From NCBI GenBank assembly GCA_964016885.1, contig OZ024743.1, forward strand, positions 289,912,001-289,976,000: a stretch of 64,000 bases of DNA. The letters run 5' to 3'. Shown here piece by piece: positions 11,940 through 25,940 of the stretch. The notes under the pieces were generated by a model. The model did no database searches, was not told the origin of the DNA, and saw only the letters and a list, made by a program, of their open reading frames with translations. The position numbers and the translations under genes are program-made. Each line of letters starts with the position of its first letter. The first letter of the stretch is position 1. Source of the DNA: Eledone cirrhosa (taxonomy: Eukaryota).

Positions 11940-14288
11940 GAGGCACGTCAAACTGAGGATCCCCCAAGGGCCGCCTGGGTCACATATCTGCTGTTTGAGG
12001 GCCGCACACGACAACTAATTGTGCACATTATAACTAATCAATGTCATTTAATAACATTTATTGCAGGAAAATGTGTTACTTCAATTTAGAAACATACAAT
12101 GTACATACAAATGTTTTAGCAGTATTCATGAATACAAAGTAATGAAATGGTTTGACAAAAAACTAACATTTTAAATCGCAACATATACTTGTAGCTCGCA
12201 ACAGCAACAAATAGATTGTACAAAAATTACAACAGTTCAAAACTAAACATTTATTTGCTTCTATTCAACCATTTTTAGTGTTTTATCCTGAGGCTTGACA
12301 CCTCTTTTTGTTGACAATGTTTGGTATGTATGGCTGAAATATCTGTACAGTTCCGACTTTGATCAGATATCGCAAGTGTTGATCAGTCAGCCTTGTTCTC
12401 TGAGGAGGTTTTATTAATTTCATGAAGGAAAATAACAGTCACACACATAGGTAGAACCAAACATTGCCATAATATTTGTTGCAAACTTTCAGAAGTTTTT
12501 TAACGTTTCAGGAAAGTATGATAATAAACCAGGTATCACCACGTCAAGATACTTTGCTCTGAGTGTAGAATCTGACTGTATTTCCAATAGTTCCATCAGC
12601 AGTTTATCTTCTGCCTTGGCAACATCACATGTGAATAGTTCTGAGAATAATGGAAACTGATGTTCAAAGGATGAGAAATCACAAAATCCTTCCTGAAATT
12701 CCTTTGACAACAATTCCAGGTGACTGTTATACTTAGCAAAGCTAAGTATAGAATCAGTATTGGCAGCGTTTTTTAGCTCTTTGCGCGTAGGAAAATGATC
12801 TAAATTTACATTTGACATCTGTGACTTCCACAAGCTTAGTTTGCTAATGAAGCACTTGATGTCATCATACAACTAGGTGATGAGTTTGTTTTTACCTTGT
12901 AATATCAAATTAAGATCAGTTAATTGTGCAGTAATATGCACAGCAAAAGCCAGATAGATCTAGGGGCCAACTTTCATCTTTTATTTCATCTGTCTTTTGA
13001 ACTTTCATCTACAAAAATATAATTATTTCTTGTCTCAACAAATATAATCTTTTCAGCACTTCGTGAGACATGACAACCTGCAGACTTTTGTGTAGAATAG
13101 AACATCGGTGAACTGATTATCCATATCTTCCAACAACTGGCTGAACTGACGGTGGTTGAGAGCACAGATTCTGACCAAACTAAATACATGATGCAATTTA
13201 AAAATCTTTGAACACAAATTTTGCTGATGAATAATACAGTGAAAATGTGCAAATGATGAATCTGGATGCGAGTTTTCTATTTTTGTTCGTAAATTGGCAG
13301 TAGCATGTCTACCAACAATATTCGCAGCACCGTCAGTAGATAAACATCCAAGTTTACTCAAATCAAAACCATAGTCATATAGAAGCTGCTCGACCTTCTC
13401 AAAGATGTATTGGCTTGTTATAGTGTCCTGCATGGGGACCAGTTCAATCAGTTCTTCATAAATATTAAATTCACTATCACAGGCCCTGAAGAAGAATGCA
13501 AGATGCGCTATTCCAGTGATGTCAATGGTTTCATCAATAGCAAGAGAAAAATGTTCAAACCTCGATGATACAGCCTTCAACTGTTGTTTGAGATGATCTG
13601 ATATTTCATCAATTCGTTCAGCAACAATCTTCCTGGTTAATGAAATGTTTTTGAATAACTGTGCATTTTCTGTTTTTACAAGGCATTGCTTTAAAAAATC
13701 TCCTTCACTGTAAGATGTCCCACTCATGGCGATCATTCGGCTGATTTCATAGCTTGCAGTAACGGAAGCGACATTCTCTTCCTGAATTTACATAAAACAG
13801 GTCTGTTGCTGTGTCAAGTTAGCCTTAAATTCCTTGAGTCTTGAAACAAGCATTGGGTCTTCGTATGTATCGTAAGATCGATGGTTCGTTTCATAATTAC
13901 TTTTCAAATTGTACTCTTTTGGCGTGGCGATGCAGTTGCTGCAAATTAAACAGTGTATCTTTCCGTTCACCGTTATCCAAAAATACTGTAATTCCCACTT
14001 TTTCTCTTAGCTGGAGGAGCACTAGCTATTTTAAAAGAAAAAAAATCTTTTGAAATTTTGAAAGAAAGTTTACTATTTACAACTGTTAATAAGCTGCGCG
14101 TGATACTTCGGAAGTTAAAAGTAGTTAACAAAAATTGCACAAAAAAAAAATGCAATTGTATCGAAATTCTGTTTTACTTTATATTACGAAGATAAAACAT
14201 GCTAGCGATGTAAAGACCTTTGTGCCGGCCGCAGGTGTGCTTGCAAAGGGCCGCATGTGGCCCGCGTGCCGCATGTTTCACATGTCTG
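11940..14288 (-). mobile_element. hAT DNA transposon (Buster/SPIN/Charlie type), full-length but decayed
   Basis: Imperfect TIRs GAGGCACGTCAAAC and CAGACATGTGAAAC, subterminal GGGCCGC motifs, 8-bp flanks with central TA (ggcTAaac, atcTAgat; not identical), and internal transposase frames. Confidence 0.9.
12270..14010 (-). pseudogene. hAT transposase pseudogene (GTF2IRD2/SPIN-like)
   Basis: BED-like CLIC...KEYNLK, FSLAIDETIDITGIAHL, LSTDGAANIVG and HCIIHQQNLC, plus a C-terminal dimerization-like region. Several frameshifts and stops. Confidence 0.9.
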
Positions 14289-14349
14289 ATCTAGATAGAT
14301 GAGAAAACAAAAACAAGGATGTAGTTTATGGAATACCCAAATGATTTAG

Positions 14350-14739
14350 AAATCGACCTTAAGTAGAAGCAATAACATTAAGAAATACATGAACGACACC
14401 ACATCATTTGATATTGAAAATTTGAAAGTAGGTTTATAAGCATTTGTCTCAGTAGCCTAGCGGTAGGTACTACATACGGTGGAGATCCTGGTCTTCGGTT
14501 ACATCCTGAAGAGGTACATGTAATCTTCTTCAGTTTTTATTTTACATCCCATAGAAAAAAGTGAAAAGATTTACCCGGAACCCTACTCCTGATCAGGATC
14601 GAACTTTAGGTCGCCGAAACAGCTACGAAAGTGTAATGAAAATTAATAATTATAAACCTACTTTCAGAATCAAAGTTAAAATTATGTGGTGTCATTTATG
14701 ACTTTTCTGGAGCTATTAGTAATATTTAGGTTCGACTTG
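14350..14739. repeat. Old foldback element (about 90-bp inverted arms) with a decayed HHR-like motif
   Basis: 14350-14438 is the imperfect reverse complement of 14650-14739. Interior has CTGATCA-GG..CGA...TCGCC-GAAACAGCT at 14589-14625. Confidence 0.55.
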
Positions 14740-14850
14740 TCAATCTTCTGGCTCTTTGGTAACAACCTATTATTCCTATGTGTGTTTAACTGTTGAATTA
14801 ATTTAATTTAATTATTTTAACAAACAAACAAATATATATACACACACACG

Positions 14851-14934
<84 letters not shown>

Positions 14935-15422
14935 GGATATGGCGTATGTCTCTCTGACATGACACCCTTAATTTAATTTTGGATATATATACGGACCCTT
15001 AGATGTAGAGCTAACTCAGTTGAAAGGACTCGGCTGCTATTTCTAGTAGTCGATAACCCTATTCACCCCACTGGGATGAAGCTGGTACGATGTATGTATT
15101 TAACAAAAATACAACACGTGTTGCTAGTCATTCGCAGATTTGAATTTGCTGTGTAAACACAGATAGTTAAATCTTCTCCCTTGTTGAAAATCCGATTTTT
15201 GGCTACTGTGGTTTACCGATCGATTGATGGTGAAATATATTTCTTTAATGAAATATATACAAGGAAGATTAATCAATTTATAAGGTATCTATTTTTAAAG
15301 TTCTAGATAACTTTAATTATTTTCCTACCTAGATATGTGTGCTTACACACATTTCAAATTATTCCCTGTGATTGTTTCATATGTTTATTTTATATATATA
15401 TATATGTCAATCAATTTCTAGT

Positions 15423-15523
<101 letters not shown>

Positions 15524-15561
15524 GCCAGTCATTGTAAGTTTGAATCTAACTGACATGCAAA

Positions 15562-15601
<40 letters not shown>

Positions 15602-15802
15602 TAAGGTAAGCCCAAATCATAGTAGATTCATGTTTGACATGCCTGGTCTAAATGCCTGGTCTCTTTCTACTCAATTCACTAATCCTAGAAAAGACAATTT
15701 TATGACTGGATTATATTTTCAATATTTTAATATTAACTTAAAAACACGACACACTGAGCGTGCTAATACTAGGCCAACTTAACCATAAATATTCGTAATA
15801 AT

Positions 15803-15963
15803 AATTATTTCTACTTTAGGCACATGGCCAGCAAATACCCAGTGCATTACTGGTACTTTATTTTATCGACCCCGTAAGGATGAAAAGCAAACTCAACCTC
15901 GGCGGGATTTGAACTCAGATCGTAAAGGGACGTAACTATCTGAGTTCAAATCCCGCCGGGGTT
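15803..15963 (-). mobile_element. SINE family A with 5' inversion
   Basis: Family A core; GGCGGGATTTGAACTCAGAT is repeated inverted at 15938-15957; direct repeat AATATTCGTAATAATAAT on both sides. Confidence 0.75.
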
Positions 15964-16017
15964 AATATTCGTAATAATAATATACCGCTTTAAGAAATAG
16001 AATGTGTTAAAACATAT

Positions 16018-16110
16018 TATAATTGTTTCTACTTCTGGCACAAGGCCAGCAATTATACCAGTGTATTACTGGTACTTTATTTCATCGACCCCGTAAGGAC
16101 GAAAGGCAAA
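16018..16110 (-). mobile_element. SINE family A, 5'-truncated
   Basis: Matches the 3' half of family A. Confidence 0.7.
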
Positions 16111-19100
16111 TTTAATATACTGTTTTAAGAATTATTTAATTTTTTTAATTTCTTGTTTAAGTTCACATTTTCAATGGTGTCTTTGAACGCTTATGTAGAA
16201 CTGACACCCAGCCGGCATTAAAAAGAAAATTTCCATTCAATACATATTTTGAGTATAAAGAAAGCTGTCCAGATGAGTTGCGAAACATGTTGCTGTTTGA
16301 TGATGTCTGTTGTACTTCGTGCAACGAAATTGTCTAAAATAGTATTGAGCATGTTAGACATTGTAAACACCGCATAGCTATATTCATCCAAAGTTTCAAG
16401 ACAGTAACTCATTGAAATTGAGCACTGTCAAAAGATTAGCAATCCAGGCATTCTACACATTACACATTGAGAAGGTTGCTGTAATTTATTCTATGAACAC
16501 ACCAAATCATGGTATCCTACGGTTGGATAACCACTGTAGTTTCAACAATATAAACCAAACAACATAAATTTGCTCAAGTGATTGACATACATTTGCTCAT
16601 ACATTTCCCCATCATTCTACTGAAGAATTCATATTATTCTCAATACGTATAATCCAGCTAACAGTGAAAATGAAAATGCTAAGATTGCCTTTAATATTGG
16701 TTTATATACTGAATTCTAGCATAAATTGTGAACTGACGTAAATTTACATAATACATTTTAATGTAATATTTTAATAATTGAGTTGCGAGGAATTCCAAGT
16801 TCCCGCGAACATCTCCTGAGGGATAAAGTGTATTTTAACGACATTGACAATGATTATGAGGAATGTTATTTTATGATTCTGTTTCCTCACTAAAACAATT
16901 GTTTCCTTTAATTACTTATTAAAGTTTGGGAGTGAGGATTATCCGAAACATTGTATATACATTTTCTTCATAAAATAAGTTTAGAAATACCTGCACTAAA
17001 CAAACATTTGCAGCTTGGTAAGCTACACATCATCCTCCACAATAAAATTAATTCTGTTCCGTCAATGACGTCAAATCACCGAAATTAATAAAATAAATAT
17101 TAAACAAGTAATTAGGTTGATTTAGTGTTAAATATGTGTGGAATTGAATCTATGTGAGGGTGCTCTGCACCTACAGTTATATAGCAACTAACTCGAGTTG
17201 TTAAAGCATAACAAAGGCCTTTTGATCCGTTTAAAGATTTCAAATCCAGTCACATATTCTAGTTGATATTTTTGAATATATATCTCCGCGTAAAAGGTGA
17301 AAATTAATGCTTGTTGTGGAAATCTTTATAAATCAGTAAATTATATATTTTACAGTAATTAAAATTACATAAATATTGTTTATTGAGAGGATAATATATT
17401 GAAATCAGGGTAGGCCTCGATCGCAAACGATGACATCATCTTAAAGAAAACCCCAGTAAGACATGCATGTCTATATGAATATATATAATCATAGCCCTGC
17501 TACTCCGTATTTCACTGAGTTACACAATGTATTAAGAAGTGTAACAAACAGACACATTTCAGCTGTAGTCGGTTTATTGCTTGGAATGATAGTTCCATCA
17601 TTTGATATTCAAGCAAATTTCAATACATTACGAAAGTTATTCCAATCTTATTTGGAGTTCCTTATATGATATTATTATTTGGAGTTCCTTATATGTTAGG
17701 AAATATCAAGACCTCAGGGGGATATAACCGTATGCGCTTGACAATAAAGACATTATTTCGAAGTCTGTAGTATAGCTTGCTCCAGGAAAAATACATAGAA
17801 ATATTAAATGAAATGTGTGGTATTGAAAATACAAAACCTTTATTAGTTGCACTACCACAAAATACGACCTGAAATTTCAGTTTGCAAACATCCGTCTTAT
17901 AGCGTTACATACACAATTATGTGGAACATCTACAAGAAATAATATACAGTAACAAATATATAACAAAATTGATTCTAATTGTAAGTGATGGTTTTCAGAT
18001 ATTGATATATCACGTAGAGACGGAAAGGTCTTAACCTAATTTAATTGAAAATGTTGTTGGCTTGAGTAGTGTTACTTTTTTTCCTTTCTTACTTTAGATA
18101 TTGATTGCAGAGCACAATGGTCATTTAAGTAGAAGCCTGTGGAGGATTTTATTGAATATCCGTCGTCTGGCTCACAGGCACTCATCACTTCCATTTCCCA
18201 GTCGTGCTAATGTCTGTACTTGGAAAGGAACAAGAGTACACACACACACAGGGACACAGACGCACACACACACAAGTACACACATACACAAACACACACA
18301 AGCAAACACACATAAACACATATATATATATTTATATATTTATGTATATATACATATAAAAAATGGGTCAATGCCTTAAATTATTAAACATATGTGAGAG
18401 AGATACATTCACATTACGAAGCAAACATATTTATGCACATTCACATTTATAATAATCCCTCATTTTCTGTAAATACGATTATAGTAACTCTCGTTCGTAG
18501 TTGGCTACTCATTTATGCTTGTATAATGTGTCTGTGAACACTTCTGTGGTGATTGTTTTGTAAACTTGTCTAAAATTACAATGTTTAATAAACGATATAG
18601 GTATAGTAAAACAATGTATAGCTTTGTGTATTAGGGGGTTATAATTGGTTCCGAAAACATTGCATGGTAATTGATGCCACAGAAATGTGTGACTGCCGAT
18701 CGGCCAAACAGCTCGATGGCCTATAATTTTGGCTAGATATTCTTGACTCTATCGTCTCTCAGAAACCTTACTGCTGTCATCATTGCTTTTGCCTTAAAAA
18801 GAATTATATAAGCACACATAAACAGACACACATACAGCTGCGGACGTGTTTGTGTGTCGTAAAAAATTTCATTGTTTCCACAATAAATATCTATCTACTA
18901 AATAACACGTGCTTTCTTACTACTGTGATATTTCCAAAGGACTGGATTTATTTGATAGAATATGCGTCAAATGCATGATATTAAATAGAAAGTTATACAC
19001 ACTTAAAAAACTTCTCGCTATAAAATATATTGAATACTCTTGAAATATTTCATTAATACTAGACTTTAATTCAAATCAATTCAAGTTACAGACTTGAATT

Positions 19101-19184
19101 ATATATTCCAAAATACCTTTTCAAAAGACAATTAGTTTTGTAACGTTAGATGTAATTTATTGGAAAAATATTTGAGTAGCCAAT

Positions 19185-20632
19185 TGATGGTCAAGCTCCC
19201 ATCCTAAGGGTGCCCAAGAACGCCACATCTTCTACTCTCAGGTTCCCTAAATCCTCCATCCCTGAGGCCAGCACAAAGCGTTTACGCAACCGCATAAACG
19301 CCAAACTAATGATGTCTCGGCCGCGGTCAGAGTAATGGCCTGGGAGGACACCGTTCTACACCCCACTGAAAAGGTCTTAGCAGATCGTTGTCCTAAGCAT
19401 CCGGAGTCGCTCACAGAACTCAGACCTATACCACACCTGATAATCACTTGCTCTATGTGACATCAGACATCATGTCTGCCATTAAATTCTTTCCTGTCAT
19501 CAACGGAGATAGTAATGGTCTCCAGCCTCGCCACCATAAATTGTTGCTTTCGCCCTCTCAGGCCGAAGCCACGCGCGGCCTTCTTAATGAAATTGTGACA
19601 CTCATCAACAAGTTCATCCATGGCGTCCTGGAACCTAACGCCTGGGGCCTCTTCTTTCGGTCAGCCTGACCCCTCTGAGGAATAAAGAAGGTAGAATACG
19701 TCCCATCTGTGCGGGCAATGACCTCTTGGGGATGGCTGCCTAGGTGGTTTGCAGGTCTATCACACCTGAACTGGGCGAGTAGTTCAGCCCTTTGCAACTA
19801 TGGTTCAGTGGCCCCGGTAGGTATAAGGGTGTTGCGCATGCAGCTAGGCAGCTCTCCAAAAGCTGTCCACCAGAACGGACGTGGACGAACGTCAGGCTAC
19901 TCATTGTCAAGCTTTTGCAGGATGCATGCCTTTAACTGTCAAAATCGTTAACATCTGCTCGATGCCTGCCTCAGCCGAGCCCCTTCCGCCTACCTGTATG
20001 TTCCTTGATACTGACATGGTCATACATCAGCCACTCGGGATATACCACATTGCTCGAAACATCACGGCCCCTTTCAACGTTTGGTACCTGGATGGTGTCC
20101 CGTTTGGTGGGACTGTGGAGACTGTCTGTCGTGACCAGTAACCGGTGGTTTCTGCTCTAGCGAGAATCGGGATCGAGGTCAACACGTCCAATTCGGAGGT
20201 GGTGAATATCAACCACTACGCAGAGGGCTTTGCAGCCTCCCAGTGGGATGTGTGATCCATTGTCCACCATGTGCACTTGACCCAGTGTCATCCTCGGGTC
20301 ACCGATCCTGCCTCCATTCATCCCCTTCACCATCATGTCCAGGATACAGAGGATCACGGCCTTCATGGGCAGACTGGGCACGATTGCCTCCCACCCAGTC
20401 CCCTTCTTGGTGAGGAACTGCTTCGCTATAACGAAGTTCCTCTACACATTTAGTAGCCCTCCTTGATACAGCCACGCATCTCTCCTCACTGACTTCGATA
20501 CTTGTATGCGCCTGGCAGCTGAGGAGGTATGCAACATCAAGTTTGGCGATGACAATAGGCCACCTTAGATTCTAGAAACGGTGGCCTTGTACTCTGGTGT
20601 CCCATCTCACTATCTTTGCTGGGATTTCTTTC
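19185..20632 (+). mobile_element. CRE-like non-LTR retrotransposon RT region, decayed
   Basis: GC-rich; broken frames LTPLRNKEGRIRPICAG, GVAHAARQ and FNVWYLDGV (degenerate WYLDD). Same superfamily as 6725-7745. Confidence 0.7.
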
Positions 20633-20650
20633 GTTCGTAACTTCGTGCCA

Positions 20651-20727
<77 letters not shown>

Positions 20728-20733
<6 letters not shown>

Positions 20734-21100
20734 ATAACAGGAGGCTGGACTGGTGTAAATCCTTGAAAAGTTTATTATACTATGATCATTTAAATGACCG
20801 GGTTCCGTATGAATCCGGTGATATCATCAGGTATTCGAAATATAACAAAGGAATATATATTTACCGGATTCATACGGAACCCGGTCATTGAAATGATCAT
20901 AGCATAATAGACTTTTCAAGGATTTACACCAGTCCAGTCTCCTGTTATTTTATTTATAATAATTAACTCCGTATTAGCACCACCAACTACACAAACGAAC
21001 ACGAGTGAACTGCACTACGTTGAGTACTCTCCATAATATTACATCAAGATTGACCATACAGAATGACCAATTCTATCCAGTGGTGAACCAACAAACCTAA
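20728..21100. mobile_element. Short foldback PLE-end element in (TA)n
   Basis: Arms 20728-20820 and 20862-20955 are reverse complements. Homolog at 62018-62340. Confidence 0.7.
20777..20834 (-). ncRNA. Type I hammerhead motif (G12 mutated in this arm)
   Basis: ATAC-CTGATGA-..ACCGG...CCGGT..-(T)AAA-TGATCA-TA-GTAT. The inverted arm retains GAAATGATCATA. Confidence 0.6.
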
Positions 21101-21124
21101 ATATATATATATATATATATAGTT

Positions 21125-22275
21125 ATTGGAATAACCAAAGAGTGCTTAGAAATACATTGTTTTATTAGCTAACAGTGTTTCATCGATACCCCATGGCTGG
21201 ATTCATCAGAGCCTATAAACAAGAGTATATCAATAGTTGCATGCTCCGTCGAGCTGCGTCACCAGAACAAGGTTAAAGGACCAGCAGGGGGGTCCCGAGG
21301 CCAGCGCTATATGGAAAAAGACAGAATATATGATGCACATAATGTCATAAAATGTCTTAAAAATTTAAATCAAAAATTAAAAATTAAAAATTACACCAAC
21401 ATTATATCTCTTAAATTGTCCAATAGATGATAAAGAGGTTGGGAGAGGGTAGCAACGGATGAGTGAAGGTATTACTCAGCATGATCAGAAACAATAAAAA
21501 CAAATAATAAAAAAAGTACAAAAATACAGGGATAACAAAATAGATAAATATAAAAATACAAAACAGTAAAGGAACAAAAATCCCGAAAACCCCCCAAAAT
21601 ATAAAACAAAGCAAAGCATTGATACAGCAAAGCACAAGCAGTGCAAAAGCAGGGTGTACAGGCAGATTAAGAGAGTTTGCAAGCATGAATCTGTGAGAAG
21701 AATAGTTGGTTAGCAGTGGTGCAGCCTGACATGTATGATAGTCCATATGAGGGATGGTGTACTCCAATTATATCGCCTTGTAACAGGTAGATTCTCCTTA
21801 TCATATCAGCACCCTACGAACCCCATCGATATGTTCCAGTTCCGAACGTTAAGTGAGATAACACTAATTTTCCAAAACCGATACCCAGGGGATTTATCAC
21901 CATAGGCGGTCTGGGATATACACCTAAAATCTAAAATAAAAAATAAAAGAAAGAACGAGTTAAAGAAATGTATGGTACATGTACAGCCGGCACAGATGTG
22001 AGGAAGTTCAAAACACGCCATGTCCGCAATAACTGGCATGCCCCAATGTCCTCACGTTTGGTCGCTCAACCCAACGTGCCAGGTGAAATTCACTGTATGT
22101 CCAAGTTGTCGTACCGTATACAACTATACCACAGTAAATAAAAATCGTGATGGCTATCCCGTTACATAGAGAGAAAGTGTATATCGGAAACTCCGCTTCC
22201 AGAATTACATATGGCAGAGTGAGCAGATATTGTTATAATAATAGGCAGGTTTATTAGAGTGAGTGCAAATTTGTG
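21125..22275 (-). mobile_element. PLE 3' fragment (GIY-YIG tail, 3' UTR and hammerhead)
   Basis: PAYYYNNICSLCHM resembles the AY...CNLC..E tail of the other PLE ORFs. HHR near the 3' end; bounded by (TA)n. Confidence 0.5.
21167..21213 (-). ncRNA. Type I hammerhead ribozyme motif
   Basis: GGCT-CTGATGA-ATC...GAT-GAAA-CACTG-TT-AGCT. Confidence 0.7.
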
Positions 22276-22604
22276 TAGAATATATATATATATATAGAGA
22301 GAGAGAAGAGAGAACTCACAGCCAAACCTGTCAATGACAGCTATGTTATTTTTATGTCCGCAACGTGGCTTTCGTTTAGATTATTGACTCCGGAGGTTGA
22401 AAATCATTCACAGTCGGGTGTACCCCCTCCTGGGTCGGCGGGACTTCAATATCCAGTGTTGCACTTTGCCTTGAGTGTTGTTCTATAATTCATCAAAGCT
22501 GGATCACAATTCATATTCAACTAATTCCAACTTTCAAAGGTTAGTGCCTCGCTAGAAACACAGAACGGTAGTCCGAATATAAACACAGGAAGTCGTAGTG
22601 TGCC

Positions 22605-22634
22605 TATGAAAAGTATGGGAGGCAATTCGCGTCA

Positions 22635-22665
<31 letters not shown>

Positions 22666-22687
22666 GACGCGAATTGCCTCCCATACT

Positions 22688-22694
<7 letters not shown>
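22605..22694. repeat. Perfect inverted repeat (about 30-bp arms) around a (TA)n spacer
   Basis: TATGAAAAGTATGGGAGGCAATTCGCGTCATA and its reverse complement. Confidence 0.9.
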
Positions 22695-22780
<86 letters not shown>

Positions 22781-22790
22781 TATATGTATA

Positions 22791-22825
<35 letters not shown>

Positions 22826-22886
22826 GAGTGTATATATATATATATATGTGTGTATATATATATATACACACATATATATATGTATA

Positions 22887-22918
<32 letters not shown>

Positions 22919-22919
22919 G

Positions 22920-23054
22920 TCCAGAATTAGCCGTCGAAACGGCTTGAGCTCAGCTGTCGGGGTCTTACTGGTTCCTATTACCCACTCTAATACCTCAAGT
23001 ATTGAGTACTTTGGTGCGTTATGGTCCACCTGGTTCCTTACCACATTTCCTTCG

Positions 23055-23123
<69 letters not shown>

Positions 23124-23323
23124 AGTAAGTACGACCCCGACGGCTGAGCTCAAGCCGTTTCGACGGTTAATTCTGTACTGAATTCAGTACAGAATTAGCC
23201 GTCGAAACGACTTGAGCTCAGCCGTCGGGGTCATACTTACTCCTATTACCCACTCTACTACCCTAAGTATTGAGTACTTTGGTGCGTTATGGTCCACCTG
23301 GTTCCTTACCACTTTTCCTTCGC
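22920..23323 (+). mobile_element. Short (about 135 bp) repeat family in (TA)n carrying the 3' half of a hammerhead; second copy has a spacer-less palindrome
   Basis: Copies at 22920-23056 and 23185-23323, plus 57564-57701. GAAACGGC-ttgagctca-GCCGTC forms stem III and a GUC site. Palindrome 23121-23243 is centred on GAATTC. Confidence 0.7.
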
Positions 23324-23364
<41 letters not shown>

Positions 23365-23373
23365 ATATATATA

Positions 23374-23459
<86 letters not shown>

Positions 23460-23487
23460 TATATACACATATATATATGCATATATA

Positions 23488-23815
23488 GGGAGTGTAATGA
23501 GCAGTTACTGTAGGTTCACCCCAGTGAGCACTCGATACATAGTTTCCCGTCTGTAGAGAGCTAAAAGAACTAAGCACAGTGTAAATATAATAATATAAGG
23601 ACGATTTTATTATTAGTGTATTCTATGGTATCGGCTCGATAGGGGGCTGCGGAGAAGGATAATCTTATTGTGTCTGTTAAAGAGTTTAGGGTATTTGTGT
23701 GTGAGTGGAAAGGATTGGTCAATGGCCCTGAAGAAAGATCCCGGACATTGGTAGCAACGTGTATCGAGTACGGGGCGTTGTACCATGTCACAGTACTGCT
23801 CGCAGATCCATAAAT
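23488..23815 (-). mobile_element. Diverged PLE RT-thumb fragment, opposite in orientation to the adjacent PLE
   Basis: Two frames give TWYNAPYSIHVATNV / FFRAIDQSFPLTHKYPKLFNR / TIRLSFS, homologous to IIWFAPPFS...FFKALDNRFP...IFNR. Confidence 0.6.
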
Positions 23816-23816
23816 T

Positions 23817-24611
23817 ATGTACATAGATAATGATAAACAAATTAAACAAAATAACAACTATTTTAATTATGGCAACAACATTAACAACTATAATAGAAAG
23901 CATTACAATAATTCCAAAAGCCATAAAAGAAATAGAACTAGGAATATAATATGGTTTGCCCCCCCTTTCTCACTAAACATTAAAACCCACATTGCTAAAC
24001 TATTTTTTAAAGCTCTCGATAATCGCTTCCCTAGAACACATAGGTATCACTCAATTTTCAATAGATATACTATAAAACTAACCTACTCATCCACCAAAAA
24101 TTTAGCGCAAAATATTAATAGAATAAATAACAGGAACTTTAAACCTAGCGATAATAGCATAAATAATATCCAAGTTAACAAATGTAACTGTAGAGATAGA
24201 TCTAAATGTCCGTTAAATAACAACTGCTTAGTTAAAAATATAATATACAACTGTAATGTTAAAACGGACGTTAATTCTTTTAACTACGTTGGTTCTACAT
24301 CGACGGAATTTAAACTTCGCTATAACAACCACAAGAATTCTTTCACAGATCCATCCAAAAAATCTTCAACAGCACTATCAGGCGTACTCTGGCAACTTAG
24401 GCATGATAACGTTAGATATTAGACGACTTGGAATATAGTTTCAAGGGGGATTCCTTTTAATTCATCCTCTGAGACATGTGACCTCTGTGCGGAGGAGATA
24501 TTCTTTATACTAAAATCTAAAAATTCCCTTAATCTACGGACAAATTTATTCAGTTGCTGCAGACATAGATTGAACTCAACGTTTAAATATAAATTTAAAT
24601 TTAAAATGTAA
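23817..24611 (+). pseudogene. PLE (Hydra-clade-like) RT thumb and GIY-YIG endonuclease, 5'-truncated, one premature TAG
   Basis: CNCRDRSKCPL, NIIYNC...YVGSTSTEFKLRYNNH, TAG at 24420-24422, then CDLCAEE...SCCRH in the same frame. Confidence 0.85.
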
Positions 24612-25940
24612 TTATGTTTGTTTTGATTTGATTTGTAATTATTTATGAAACTAGCCGATAAATCTTTCGATTTCTTCTTTTTATTAAAACATTCTTTTTA
24701 TTAAAACATTCTTCATGAATAATTAAACTACCCTAAAAGCTGATGCTCCAAATATATCGAATTAAATTTTAAACTAGATAAACTTCTATATTATATATAA
24801 GAACATATGTAGACCAAATGGGTATCCTAAACTTTTGGAATGATTTCTGCTAGACAGGATTTGGTAAACAATTTTTGTTTTATCTGTTTCGACTCTGATG
24901 CTTATGATGATCTTGGCAATATATTGTCAATTAACTTTGAAAGGCTGATCTCTGTGTTTTATTTGTATTATTTTTTAATATTTTTTAATATTTTGTAATA
25001 TTTTTTTTAATATTAAATGTTTTAGTTTTCTGTTTATTTATTTATTTATTTTCTTGTCTCTGATATTTTTATTTTTATTTTTATTTTTATTTTTATTTTT
25101 ATTTTTATTTTTATTTTTATTTTTATTTTTATTTTTATTAATATATTGAAATCTGTTCTCTATTTCTGCTTGATCGACAATCAGGTAGAATAAAGACAAG
25201 AATAGTATTGTTAAAATTAATATAGACTCTATATATATATGTGTTTATATACACACATATATGTATACTTGAATTTTTATAGCACAATGAGAATGTTTTC
25301 GTGTGAATTGGGAGTTTGTTTATAATTATGATATAAACATATGAATTTTTAAAAACTAGACATAAGATCATTACTTTTCACACATTATAGATACATGTCT
25401 CATTCATGAATACTGGTACTTACATTATAATGCCTGTTTTATACGAACTAATATTTTCTACGGATAAAACATAGCGGTTTTAAATTCTGCATCGTTTATG
25501 TCTGGTTATGTTTCATTTTCTCTTTTTCATTTTCTCTTTTTTCTCTCTATATAACGGCTATTTTCTCTCTTAACTACATACATCTCCCTTTACATTAATA
25601 CTAGAGCTAAATAAATAAATAAATAAATAAATAAATGTATCAACCGATACTCAACTTCCTAATTTGTCTATCTATCTCTATCTATCTCTTTCTTTTTTCC
25701 TCTCTCTATATATATTTCTCTCTGTTTCTTTACATGAAGTTCCTCTCTTTATCTATCTTTCTATATCCCTCTATTTAGTCACATACATTTCTTTTTCTTC
25801 GTTTCTCTTTCTTTCTCTCTTTATCTCTTTCTTTTTACAACTGTCCACAATATTTTTTACTACCAAATCAACCTCCCAAATGCAAGGTGATTGAAAGGTA
25901 TGTCGTATCTATTTATTTATTTATAAGACTGTTTATATTG

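Noticed and set aside
12270-14010. Host GTF2IRD2-like domesticated gene
   Set aside because: Multiple stops and frameshifts, and enclosed by TIRs.
24420-24422. Selenocysteine recoding in the GIY-YIG ORF
   Set aside because: The premature stop is TAG, not TGA.
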